Virus record (IMG/VR): IMGVR_UViG_3300024327_000005
Span: 22-64,021 of that record
Reading direction: 5' to 3' (one strand)
Source: a virus
Length of the DNA: 64,000 nt
In this document: one piece after another, positions 27,916 to 36,129 of the stretch
Position numbering within the stretch: the stretch's first letter is position 1
Layout of the letters: every line of letters starts with the position of its first letter
Translations under genes and position numbers: made by a program
Notes under the pieces: generated by a model
What the model was told of the DNA's origin: nothing
Seen by the model: only the letters and a program-made list of their open reading frames with translations
Databases searched by the model: none

Positions 27916-28624
27916 CGTAAGTTTTTTAAGACATGGTGCCTTTTTTGGTCCTGAAGATTCTCAAGAGCGAATACTGAACATTATTGGCGTTGGCGCAACA
28001 GGAAGTTGGGTTGGATATCTAGCTGCAAAAATGGGCTGGCAGCACTTCCGAGTATGGGACGCAGACACGGTAGAGAGCCACAATCTGCCCAACCAGATAT
28101 ATGATATCTCTCAGGTTGGGATGCCAAAGGTTGAGGCATTCAAGCAAAAACTGCTTGAATTCAACCCAACTGTACAAGTCAAGACCTATAATGAGTTTTA
28201 TACTTCTGAAAAGTACAGAAACGAATTGGAAGATTATGTGTTTATTGGTGTCGACACTCTGTTCGCACGCAAAGATATAATGGAGGGAGCTAAATCACAT
28301 TTACTGATAGAGGGAATCTTCGAAAGTCGAATGGGGTTTCAGCACGCTGAAATAAACTATCTAGATCCAGCCTACCCTTCTCAAGTGGACGAGTACCTGT
28401 CTCTCTTGAAAACCGATGATGAAGTTGAAGAAAGCGCGTGTAATGCACGTATAATCACAACTTTAACTTGTATAATCGCCTCAAACATAGTACATACTAT
28501 TTGCGCTCTTGCAGCGCAAGAAAGACACGGGGAGTGTTATGCTCCTCCAAAAAAACAAATGTTTTCTCTTCCTTCTAACATAAATACCCCCTTATCAATC
28601 CATACACCAAGGATAGCTAAATGA
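27902..28624 (+). CDS. ThiF/E1-like ubiquitin-activating enzyme
   Basis: R10, IIGVGATGS, WDADTVESHNLPNQ, IGVDT, ESRMG, candidate catalytic Cys180 (ESAC). Confidence 0.9.
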   Translation: MVTSNVSFLRHGAFFGPEDSQERILNIIGVGATGSWVGYLAAKMGWQHFRVWDADTVESHNLPNQIYDISQVGMPKVEAFKQKLLEFNPTVQVKTYNEFYTSEKYRNELEDYVFIGVDTLFARKDIMEGAKSHLLIEGIFESRMGFQHAEINYLDPAYPSQVDEYLSLLKTDDEVEESACNARIITTLTCIIASNIVHTICALAAQERHGECYAPPKKQMFSLPSNINTPLSIHTPRIAK

Positions 28625-28809
28625 CAGTTAAAGATCAACTTCAAGAAGTTCTAACTCTAATTACAGCAGCAGTTCAAGATGCTGAAAAATTTGACTCTGG
28701 TAACGATACCGCTGGAAAGCGGTTACGTATGGCTGCACAAGAAGCCAAAACAAAACTTCAACAACTTCGAGTAAACATCCAAGAAGAGAGAAACTCAAGA
28801 AAACAATAA
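28621..28809 (+). CDS. histone H1-like Hc1-family small protein
   Basis: DAEKFDSGNDTAGKRLR...LR..IQE resembles the GNKAAGTRAR motif family. Confidence 0.6.
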   Translation: MTVKDQLQEVLTLITAAVQDAEKFDSGNDTAGKRLRMAAQEAKTKLQQLRVNIQEERNSRKQ

Positions 28810-28853
28810 ATAACACTCGTGGTATCGAGTTAAAATACTAAACATATTAATTT

Positions 28854-28879
28854 AAAAGGAAGCCTGGCTTCCTTTTTTT
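28854..28879 (+). terminator. intrinsic terminator
   Basis: AAAAGGAAGC-CTG-GCTTCC followed by T7. Confidence 0.75.
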
Positions 28880-28899
28880 GTATTACTTAAGGAAAATAA

Positions 28900-29118
28900 A
28901 TGAACAACATCACACTAATAATCATCCCCGGCCCTGGCGCTCGCTCTGTCCAAATCGATCAAAACATTACTGTTGCTAGCTTGGTCTGCTCAGAAAACCT
29001 ACACGGTAGAGATATTATTATTAACGGCGCCGGAGTTCCGGCGGCACAATTCGAAACCACAACAATTCCTAACGATGCAGAAGTCTTCGCAACTGGATCG
29101 GTGAAGGGCAACCGTTAG
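28900..29118 (+). CDS. ubiquitin-like (ThiS/MoaD beta-grasp) protein Ubl-1, precursor ending KG|NR
   Basis: 70-aa core ...EVFATGSVKG; lies in the E1/E2/JAB cluster; paralogous to Ubl-2 and Ubl-3. Confidence 0.8.
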   Translation: MNNITLIIIPGPGARSVQIDQNITVASLVCSENLHGRDIIINGAGVPAAQFETTTIPNDAEVFATGSVKGNR

Positions 29119-29423
29119 TGGGTGCATGCACCTTTTTTGATGAAGCATTTGGAGATTCAGCTGAAGAAGCCTTTCAAGCAGCAAAATCAGATGCAAATTG
29201 GATGCATGGCCACGCCGGTTATACCGGAACTATTGCTGAAAAAAACGACTTCTCTATGGCTTCAAACGAACTCTTAGCAGAAGTCGCAGCTTACAAGCTC
29301 GCCAGATCTCTCATCGCTACTGACTATTGCGACAAGTGGGGGCTTGCTGGATGCATCCAAATCACTAATTCACCTAACAATTCACTTAACAAATATTTAT
29401 TCTTTGGCTGGGCTTCTGAATAA
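29118..29423 (+). CDS. conserved phage hypothetical protein X1
   Basis: GTG start overlaps the Ubl-1 TAG; HGHAGYTGTIAEK motif. Confidence 0.7.
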   Translation: MGACTFFDEAFGDSAEEAFQAAKSDANWMHGHAGYTGTIAEKNDFSMASNELLAEVAAYKLARSLIATDYCDKWGLAGCIQITNSPNNSLNKYLFFGWASE

Positions 29424-29460
29424 GTATCCAGCCAAACACATCTAGAACTAACCAACACAC

Positions 29461-29480
29461 AAGGAGTGAAAACTCCTTTT
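29461..29480 (+). promoter_or_regulatory. GNRA-capped hairpin before Ubl-2 (terminator or processing signal)
   Basis: AAGGAGT-GAAA-ACTCCTT-TT. Confidence 0.45.
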
Positions 29481-29503
29481 CAACATATAAGAAGAAAAAA
29501 ATT

Positions 29504-29746
29504 ATGTCTAACGCTACATTAATCATTATACCTGGACCTGGCGCTCGTTCTATTCAGTTGGATTCCAACATGACGATTGCTCAACTTGTTTGTAGAGAAA
29601 ATCTACACGGTCGTGACATCATCATTAACGGCACTGGAGTTCCAGTGGCACAATTCGAAACACAAATCATTCCTAATGGTGCAGAAGTTTTTGCAACCGG
29701 CTCTGTAAAGGGCAACTCTTTAAATTTTACCATGCGTCTTCTTTAG
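29504..29746 (+). CDS. ubiquitin-like protein Ubl-2, precursor KG|NSLNFTMRLL
   Basis: 56/70 residues identical to the Ubl-1 core (hand count). Confidence 0.8.
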   Translation: MSNATLIIIPGPGARSIQLDSNMTIAQLVCRENLHGRDIIINGTGVPVAQFETQIIPNGAEVFATGSVKGNSLNFTMRLL

Positions 29747-30018
29747 GGGCTGGAGCTAAGCAAGCTTACTCAAATCTGATTGAATCAGAAAGTGCTTGGA
29801 AGGAACACTCAAGTATTCCTTCCGCATTCCTAGAGACTAAAAGGTACAAGATCGTCATAACGACCCCTTTTAGCACTGAAGAAGACGCCTTGGATTTCAT
29901 TTCAACCAACTCTCCTTTTAAAATGCGTTCTAAGACTGCTGGATGCGTAATCCTTGGAGTTGAAGACGGACTAACTAACTACTTATTTTTTACACAAACA
30001 CAGGATAAAAATGACTAA
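29719..30018 (+). CDS. start-less paralog X2 of X1 in the -1 frame of Ubl-2 (frameshift fusion or pseudogene; not in ORF track)
   Basis: 99 open codons FKFYHASSLG...KTAGCVIL...TNYLFF; no ATG/GTG/TTG until codon 58; begins at TTTAAATTTT. Confidence 0.55.
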   Translation, partial: FKFYHASSLGAGAKQAYSNLIESESAWKEHSSIPSAFLETKRYKIVITTPFSTEEDALDFISTNSPFKMRSKTAGCVILGVEDGLTNYLFFTQTQDKND

Positions 30019-30325
30019 CATCACATTAATAATCATACCTGGCTCTGGCGCTCGCCAAGTCTCAGTACAACCTGGTTCTACTATTGCAGACCTTGTTTCA
30101 AATGAAAATCTTCACGGTCGAGATATCATCGTTGACGGCGCTGGTGTTCCAGCGACGCTCTGGGCAAGCACTCAGGTAACCTCAAATGCAGAAATTTTCG
30201 CAACGGGCTCCGTAAAAGGCAATGCCAAAGGCGGAGGTCGACCTGCTAATGCTCCATCAGGAACTGGCCGCCCTTCTGGGGGTGGCCGAGGCAACAATCC
30301 TCCATCCTCTGGCTCTAAAAAATAA
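30011..30325 (+). CDS. ubiquitin-like protein Ubl-3 with a 34-aa Gly/Pro/Ser/Asn-rich C-terminal extension
   Basis: same 70-aa core ending FATGSVKG, then NAKGGGRP...GGGRGNNPPSSGSKK. Confidence 0.8.
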   Translation: MTNITLIIIPGSGARQVSVQPGSTIADLVSNENLHGRDIIVDGAGVPATLWASTQVTSNAEIFATGSVKGNAKGGGRPANAPSGTGRPSGGGRGNNPPSSGSKK

Positions 30326-30496
30326 GCTATTCCGGCACACCTTAAAGGCTGTCAAGCTTAATTGAAAAAAGCCACTTTAACCAACTCCAATACATCAAGA
30401 AGTAAACTTCAACACTTTTGATCAGCAACCTTGCTACCTCAACTGATTGTTTTTACCATTATCGTAACTCATTTTGACATTCATAAGGGGTACACG

Positions 30497-31384
30497 ATGA
30501 AATCGAACAAGTCAGTCTTAAAGGAAGTTTTAATTCCTGATGAAATTTTTATCGACTTTTACAGAGACGGCATTATAGCGCAGTCAATGGCCAATCTGCT
30601 CAAACTTAATCCTGGCGAATACTGTTTTGTTTTGGACTCAGACAATAATAAGGCTGTTGCGATCAATATAGACAACAATCTCATACTTATGGATTCGTTT
30701 AAAAATAAAACAATAAACGGCTTTTCTCCAAAAGACTTGCTGCAGACTATTTATTTCAATTTACTTGAGCAAGAGTCTATGATTGTAGTTGCTGCATTAG
30801 GTCCCGCTGGCACCGGAAAGACTACAGTTGCCTTAACAAAAGCAATTGCAGATTACTTTTCTGATAGGAAAAAGATATACTTATGCAAACCTACTCATCT
30901 GGTTAAAACTCACGAGAATCAAGTTTTTGGACCAGTACCAGGAGACATGCAGGAGAAGTATACGCCTTATCTAGGAAGTTTTGAAATTATACTAAACAAG
31001 ATGTTAGGCAGCGACGGTGGCGACTACTTAAAAAGCATGATAGAAAAGAAACACATCGAATTTATGCCCGTAGAATTCACTCGGGGATGTACCTTCGAAA
31101 ACTGCACGTTCATCTTAGATGAGGCGCAGAATTTATCTTGGCATGAACTAAAAACAGTGCTATCAAGAATAGGCGAAAAAAGCAAAATAATACTTTGCGG
31201 AGACCCTAACCAAATTGATGCAAACTTTAAATATATTCATAGCGGACTTTACACGCTTCTAAATTCACCTTCCTTTAAAAGCTCTACTTTTACTTCAAAG
31301 ATAGAGCTTAAAAAACAATACAGAGGTCGGATACCCGACCTCATCTATAACATAGATAAAGAATTAATTAAGGACAACCAATGA
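30497..31384 (+). CDS. phoH: PhoH-family ATPase
   Basis: GPAGTGKT, RGCTF, ILDEAQN, SRIGEKSKIILCGDPNQID. Confidence 0.92.
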   Translation: MKSNKSVLKEVLIPDEIFIDFYRDGIIAQSMANLLKLNPGEYCFVLDSDNNKAVAINIDNNLILMDSFKNKTINGFSPKDLLQTIYFNLLEQESMIVVAALGPAGTGKTTVALTKAIADYFSDRKKIYLCKPTHLVKTHENQVFGPVPGDMQEKYTPYLGSFEIILNKMLGSDGGDYLKSMIEKKHIEFMPVEFTRGCTFENCTFILDEAQNLSWHELKTVLSRIGEKSKIILCGDPNQIDANFKYIHSGLYTLLNSPSFKSSTFTSKIELKKQYRGRIPDLIYNIDKELIKDNQ

Positions 31385-31818
31385 CATACCCTTCAAGTTT
31401 TAACATTTATAAAAAAGCAGCCGCTGCCCAGTTCACTGTCTTACCCCCAAGGAGGGACGACAACGGACGAATTAATAAAAATGGCGCTGTACTCCTGGAG
31501 ATGGCTCCATCATCCGGAGAGAAAACTTATGATTGGAAAAACAATAAAGTAACTTTCGCATTTGGCATCAACGATTTATGCTTATTTTTCGACGACCCAA
31601 ACGCGCCTAAATGGGGATCATTCTTCCATGTAAACGATTCCACCAATAAGAAGTTAACATTCAGCCATGGAGAAGGCAAATATGCTGGTACGTATATGAT
31701 GTCACTCATGATGGGTGAAAATCGCGTGAGCGTAAGTTTGACTGGCGGCGAATTTAATGTTCTCGGCCGACTATTCTCAGCAGCAATTCCGATCATTCTC
31801 GGTTGGAACAATGTTTGA
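31381..31818 (+). CDS. Whirly-like single-stranded DNA-binding protein
   Basis: IYKKAAA, GAVLLEMAP..G.KTYDW, FFH, EFNVL..LF...IP.ILGW follow plant WHY1 motifs in order. Confidence 0.7.
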   Translation: MTYPSSFNIYKKAAAAQFTVLPPRRDDNGRINKNGAVLLEMAPSSGEKTYDWKNNKVTFAFGINDLCLFFDDPNAPKWGSFFHVNDSTNKKLTFSHGEGKYAGTYMMSLMMGENRVSVSLTGGEFNVLGRLFSAAIPIILGWNNV

Positions 31819-32086
31819 GATTAAGAATGAAAAAGAACAGTTCAATATAACTCCAGATAAACTGTTCGATTTGATACTAAAGCAATGTTTCGTTGATTCA
31901 GAAAATGATTTTCTAATCGACGTAGACACTTATGCAGAAGAAATTGCAAAAACCATAAAGAAGGATTTGCTTTCTGCAAACCTAAACCAACTGTTCTCAA
32001 TATACTTTATGGCAGGTTACCACTATAAAGTATTTTTAAATAATAATGAAGTAACAATTAATAGAAACACTAAGGAAAAAATATAA
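31811..32086 (+). CDS. hypothetical protein
   Basis: ORF in operon. Confidence 0.6.
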   Translation: MFEIKNEKEQFNITPDKLFDLILKQCFVDSENDFLIDVDTYAEEIAKTIKKDLLSANLNQLFSIYFMAGYHYKVFLNNNEVTINRNTKEKI

Positions 32087-32500
32087 ATGTTTTCATACTC
32101 CATTTCAGTCAGACGCATCAACAACCCAAACAGTAAGCTTAAAGCTTTCGCTACCGTGACCATCGACGACCTTCTTGACCTTGAAGGCTTTAAGGTCATA
32201 GACGGCGCAAAAGGGCTTTTTGTAAGCGTCCCCTCACACAAAGGCAATGTTGTCGAAGACGGAATCTCTGTCGAGAAATACTTTGATGACGTCCGCTTTA
32301 AAGGCGAAGAGGGTATAGCTTTTGCAGAAGAGCTCAAGTCTTCTATCATCAGCGAATATTCAAGCTCTAGCTCGCAAACAGTAAAGAAACCAAACCGAGC
32401 AGCTGCAGCCACAGCAAACGTAAAGGCAAGTGCTAAAAACAACGAAACCAATAGCGATTCCACACCACCAAGAGATCGTAAGCCTCTCTGGGGTTATTGA
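32087..32500 (+). CDS. spoVG: SpoVG-family nucleic-acid-binding protein
   Basis: KLKAFATVTIDD...GFKVIDGAKGLFVSVPS...YFD. Confidence 0.85.
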   Translation: MFSYSISVRRINNPNSKLKAFATVTIDDLLDLEGFKVIDGAKGLFVSVPSHKGNVVEDGISVEKYFDDVRFKGEEGIAFAEELKSSIISEYSSSSSQTVKKPNRAAAATANVKASAKNNETNSDSTPPRDRKPLWGY

Positions 32501-32501
32501 T

Positions 32502-33050
32502 ATGGCGGATGATGCTTTAGAGATTAAAAAAACAGACGCAACTGACATATTAGAAGCTTTAAGTGAAGGGGCTGCACTGTATACTGAAGTCACCGAAGCC
32601 TTTATTAAAGAGTTTGTCTTTTATGAAAAAACTCTTTATGAGTGGGCAACTGAGCTGATGATTCCCATACCTGACAATCGTGGGTTAGATATCGTTACCT
32701 TCAGGAACTTATTGTTAAAGCTCGCCAATAACCTTCAGATTGCCTCAAACTACTACTCTGTTGCATCCTCCATGTCAGAAACTATAGGTGGAGGCAACAC
32801 TATGAGAAAAGCAGATATAGTTAGTCTTATCGTAAATAACTACGCTAAAAAAGGTGCCAAACGTCCTGCTGCTTCAGTAATTGAGAAGATGGCAGATTCA
32901 TATTTAACAAATACTGTTTCAGCAGAACGAGCAGCAAAAATTGTAAAAAACTTCTGGAAGCAACGAGTCGATACTATGCTCGATCTAAGAAAAGTTTTCG
33001 AACAAATAGGACTCTCTCTCTCTGTAGAAATGAAGTTCACAGCCAATTAA
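32502..33050 (+). CDS. hypothetical helical protein
   Basis: ORF from ATG 32502. Confidence 0.65.
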   Translation: MADDALEIKKTDATDILEALSEGAALYTEVTEAFIKEFVFYEKTLYEWATELMIPIPDNRGLDIVTFRNLLLKLANNLQIASNYYSVASSMSETIGGGNTMRKADIVSLIVNNYAKKGAKRPAASVIEKMADSYLTNTVSAERAAKIVKNFWKQRVDTMLDLRKVFEQIGLSLSVEMKFTAN

Positions 33051-33059
33051 GGAGTTACC

Positions 33060-33410
33060 ATGGGTTTAGATAATTACTGGTCGCTCAAGAATAGCGACAA
33101 AGAGCATCCAAAGTTTTCCCCTGAATTAAATCTTTGCTCTGGGATCTTTTCAAGCGACGGTGCTAAATCATTCAGGGGCAAAGTTTATTCACCCTTCTTC
33201 GAGGAAGAGTTTGGTGTCACTTTATATCAAGAGGAAATATCGCCCAAAGACATAAGAGAGATCTCGGAAAAACTCAAGACCTTCATAGAAGAAAATGCAG
33301 CTCATGACCGTCGTTTAAGTAGACACCTGGAGAACCAAGAAGTTAATGATTTATTACGTATGTTTGAAGCGTATGCAGAGCTTAATGCTACGCTGATAGG
33401 TTGGTGGTAA
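33060..33410 (+). CDS. conserved phage hypothetical protein
   Basis: MGLD start, SFRGKVY, ends GWW; RBS AAGGAG. Confidence 0.65.
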   Translation: MGLDNYWSLKNSDKEHPKFSPELNLCSGIFSSDGAKSFRGKVYSPFFEEEFGVTLYQEEISPKDIREISEKLKTFIEENAAHDRRLSRHLENQEVNDLLRMFEAYAELNATLIGWW

Positions 33411-33414
33411 AGAT

Positions 33415-33657
33415 ATGGAAAGCGGAATAGCCTTAGGCCTTATAAGTTATGTGTCATTTGTATTCTCCTTCTTCCATTTTCCCACTCGCTTAAAGACGTT
33501 CTTATTAAGCAACCCCTTCCTTACGGATTGTCTATCAGTTAGTATCTCATTCGTCTTACTCACTGGAGTTTCAAAATCAATAGTAGCTGTTATCGCTGCA
33601 ATGCTCTGTGGGCTGCTAGTTAATATCACCTTAATGATACATAGCAACTGGTTTTAA
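33415..33657 (+). CDS. small membrane protein
   Basis: three hydrophobic segments. Confidence 0.55.
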   Translation: MESGIALGLISYVSFVFSFFHFPTRLKTFLLSNPFLTDCLSVSISFVLLTGVSKSIVAVIAAMLCGLLVNITLMIHSNWF

Positions 33658-33705
33658 TCGACTTAAACTAACGTCTCAAACTATTCACCTAAAAAAAGAA
33701 GTAAA

Positions 33706-36120
33706 ATGACACTCGCCAACACAACTACAACCGCACTTGCGTATTTTAATAACGATGAATTAGCAGCTCAAGTCTGGACAAACAAGTACGCACTAAGAAC
33801 AAAGGCAGGAGAACTCAAAGAGTTCTCCCCTGACGATATGCATCGACGGCTAGCAAGCGAATTCGCTAGAATCGAAACAGCCTATAACAATATATCTAAA
33901 ATTCCGAAAACAAACCCCCTAACAGAAGCTAAAATATATGCACAGCTAAAAGGATTTAAGAAAATTGTCCCGCAAGGGTCCCCAATGATGGGCATCGGGA
34001 ACCATCACATAAATACTTCGTTAAGTAACTGTGTTGTAGTTGAATCTCCAGAAGACAATATCTCTTCAATCATGAATAGTGGTAGAAGTTTAGCAAACTT
34101 ATTTAAACGCAGATGTGGAGTTGGATTAGACTTAAGCTCTCTGCGCCCAGAAGGTACAAGAGTCTCTAATTCAGCCGGAACTACCACAGGTGCATGGTCT
34201 TTCGCTGACTACTATAGTCATGTTTGCCGAATGATAGGCCAGAACGGCCGTAGAGGAGCGCTAATGTTATCTCTTGACATTAGGCATCCAGACATCGAAA
34301 AGTTCGCTCTAATGAAGAATGACTTAACGAAAGTTACAGGCGCTAACATTAGTATTAAAGTCACTGATGACTTCATGAATGCCGTAAAGGAAAAAGAGTC
34401 ATTCACCTTAAGGTTCCCTGTTGACTCTGAAACTCCAATCTATGAAAAAGAGATTTCAGCTGTAGCACTTTGGGAAAAGATAATCATCTCAGCCAAAACC
34501 ACAGCAGAGCCAGGGCTGTTGATGTGGGACAACATCACTAAATATCTTCCAGCAAACGAGTATCTAGACTTTAAAACAATAAGTACAAATCCATGTGCCG
34601 AGATTCCCTTATCTGCTTACGATTCGTGTAGACTGATATCAATCAATCTTAAAAATTTTGTTACAGACGCATTTTCGCCTAATGCAAAGTTCGACTATGA
34701 CGAATTCACCGAAACAGTTAGGTGCGCAATGCGCATGTCAGACAACTTGGTGGAATTAGAATTAGAAAAGCTACAAGGCTTAATCGACATCTCAGATGCA
34801 GAAGACGAAAAGCGATTATGGAAAAAGCTATATTCTGCTTGCAAGAATGGACGCAGGACTGGACTCGGAACTCACGGACTGGCAGATGCACTTGCAAACT
34901 TGAACCTCACTTATGGCAGCCCAAGTTCTCTTAAAGCTATAAATAAAATCTATGGCTTATTGAAAATCGAAGCATACAAAGAGAGTGTTCAGCTAGCGAA
35001 AGAAAGAGGCAGCTTCCCTGTATTCCGCTGGGAGGTTGAGAAAGACAACCTCTATATAAAGTCATTGCCACAAGAGCTTCAAGCTGAAATAAAAAAGTAT
35101 GGACGCAGAAATATCAGCATCTTAACAAACGCTCCAACAGGTAGTGTTTCTTTACTCTCTCAAACCTCTTCTGGGCTTGAGCCGGTATTCAGGAACTCCT
35201 ATATTAGGCGAAGGAAACTCGAAGCGAATGCAAGCGAATCAGTGGATTTTATCGATCCACTTGGTGATAAGTGGCATGACTTTGAAGTCTTTCATCATAA
35301 TGCGCAAGAATGGAAAGCTTTACATCCGAACCAGCAACTTCCGGACTTGTTTATTGAATCCCAAGATATTAGCTGGCGAGCTAGACTTAGCGTTCAGGCT
35401 GAAATTCAACAACATATTGACCATGCTATAAGCTCAACTATAAACCTGCCTGCAGATACTAGTGAAGTTACAGTTAGCAATATATATATGACCGCATGGG
35501 AGAAGCAGCTGAAAGGCGTCACTGTTTACGTCGACGGAAGCAGGAGTGGAGTCTTAATTACCAAAAGTAAGGAAGACAACTTTCCGCAACACTCTGCGCC
35601 AAAAAGACCAGAGAACCTTGATTGCGATATTCACCTTACAAAGATTCAGGACGAACCATGGCTCATCCTCGTAGGGCTCTTGGGTGGAAAGCCCTATGAG
35701 ATATTTGGAGGCAATGCAAGTTTCTTGGATTTACCTAAGAAGTACAAGCAAGGTAAGATAAAAAAACGAATATTTAAATCGCAAAATGCAAAGTACGACT
35801 TGTATCTTGAAGATGCGGAATTGGTTTTTAAAGATATCGTTTCTGTATTTAATAATCCGAACAACCTTGCTTTTGCAAGAATGGTATCTTTAGGACTAAG
35901 GCATGGCGCAGAAGTAAAATTTATGGTAGAGCAATTGCAGAAAGATAAGACTAGCAGTATGTTTAGTTTTTCTAAGTGTATATCTCGGATACTAAAGCAA
36001 TACATTCAAGATGGAGCAATACCAAGTGACAAGATTTGCAAAAGCTGTAATAATGACTCACTAATCTACCAAGATGGTTGTGTCGCCTGCACTAATTGTG
36101 GTGCGGGACGATGCGAATAA
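33706..36120 (+). CDS. nrdJ: class II (B12-dependent) ribonucleotide reductase
   Basis: PQGSP, SNCVV, RRGALM, TNPCAE, RRTGLG, APTGS, SSTIN; C-terminal Cys cluster; no beta subunit gene adjacent. Confidence 0.9.
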   Translation: MTLANTTTTALAYFNNDELAAQVWTNKYALRTKAGELKEFSPDDMHRRLASEFARIETAYNNISKIPKTNPLTEAKIYAQLKGFKKIVPQGSPMMGIGNHHINTSLSNCVVVESPEDNISSIMNSGRSLANLFKRRCGVGLDLSSLRPEGTRVSNSAGTTTGAWSFADYYSHVCRMIGQNGRRGALMLSLDIRHPDIEKFALMKNDLTKVTGANISIKVTDDFMNAVKEKESFTLRFPVDSETPIYEKEISAVALWEKIIISAKTTAEPGLLMWDNITKYLPANEYLDFKTISTNPCAEIPLSAYDSCRLISINLKNFVTDAFSPNAKFDYDEFTETVRCAMRMSDNLVELELEKLQGLIDISDAEDEKRLWKKLYSACKNGRRTGLGTHGLADALANLNLTYGSPSSLKAINKIYGLLKIEAYKESVQLAKERGSFPVFRWEVEKDNLYIKSLPQELQAEIKKYGRRNISILTNAPTGSVSLLSQTSSGLEPVFRNSYIRRRKLEANASESVDFIDPLGDKWHDFEVFHHNAQEWKALHPNQQLPDLFIESQDISWRARLSVQAEIQQHIDHAISSTINLPADTSEVTVSNIYMTAWEKQLKGVTVYVDGSRSGVLITKSKEDNFPQHSAPKRPENLDCDIHLTKIQDEPWLILVGLLGGKPYEIFGGNASFLDLPKKYKQGKIKKRIFKSQNAKYDLYLEDAELVFKDIVSVFNNPNNLAFARMVSLGLRHGAEVKFMVEQLQKDKTSSMFSFSKCISRILKQYIQDGAIPSDKICKSCNNDSLIYQDGCVACTNCGAGRCE

Positions 36121-36129
36121 AGGTGCAAT

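Noticed and set aside
16205-28839. TTAAAATACT at 16205, 22710 and 28830 as a phage promoter
   Set aside because: Two copies include the upstream stop codon, one lies before a terminator, and the motif is AT-rich in an AT-rich genome; unsupported without statistics.
27902-30325. ThiF/ThiS thiamine or MoeB/MoaD molybdopterin biosynthesis
   Set aside because: No ThiG/ThiO/MoaE partners, the E1 lacks the paired CxxC Zn sites, and E2-like and JAB genes are adjacent, which favours conjugation.
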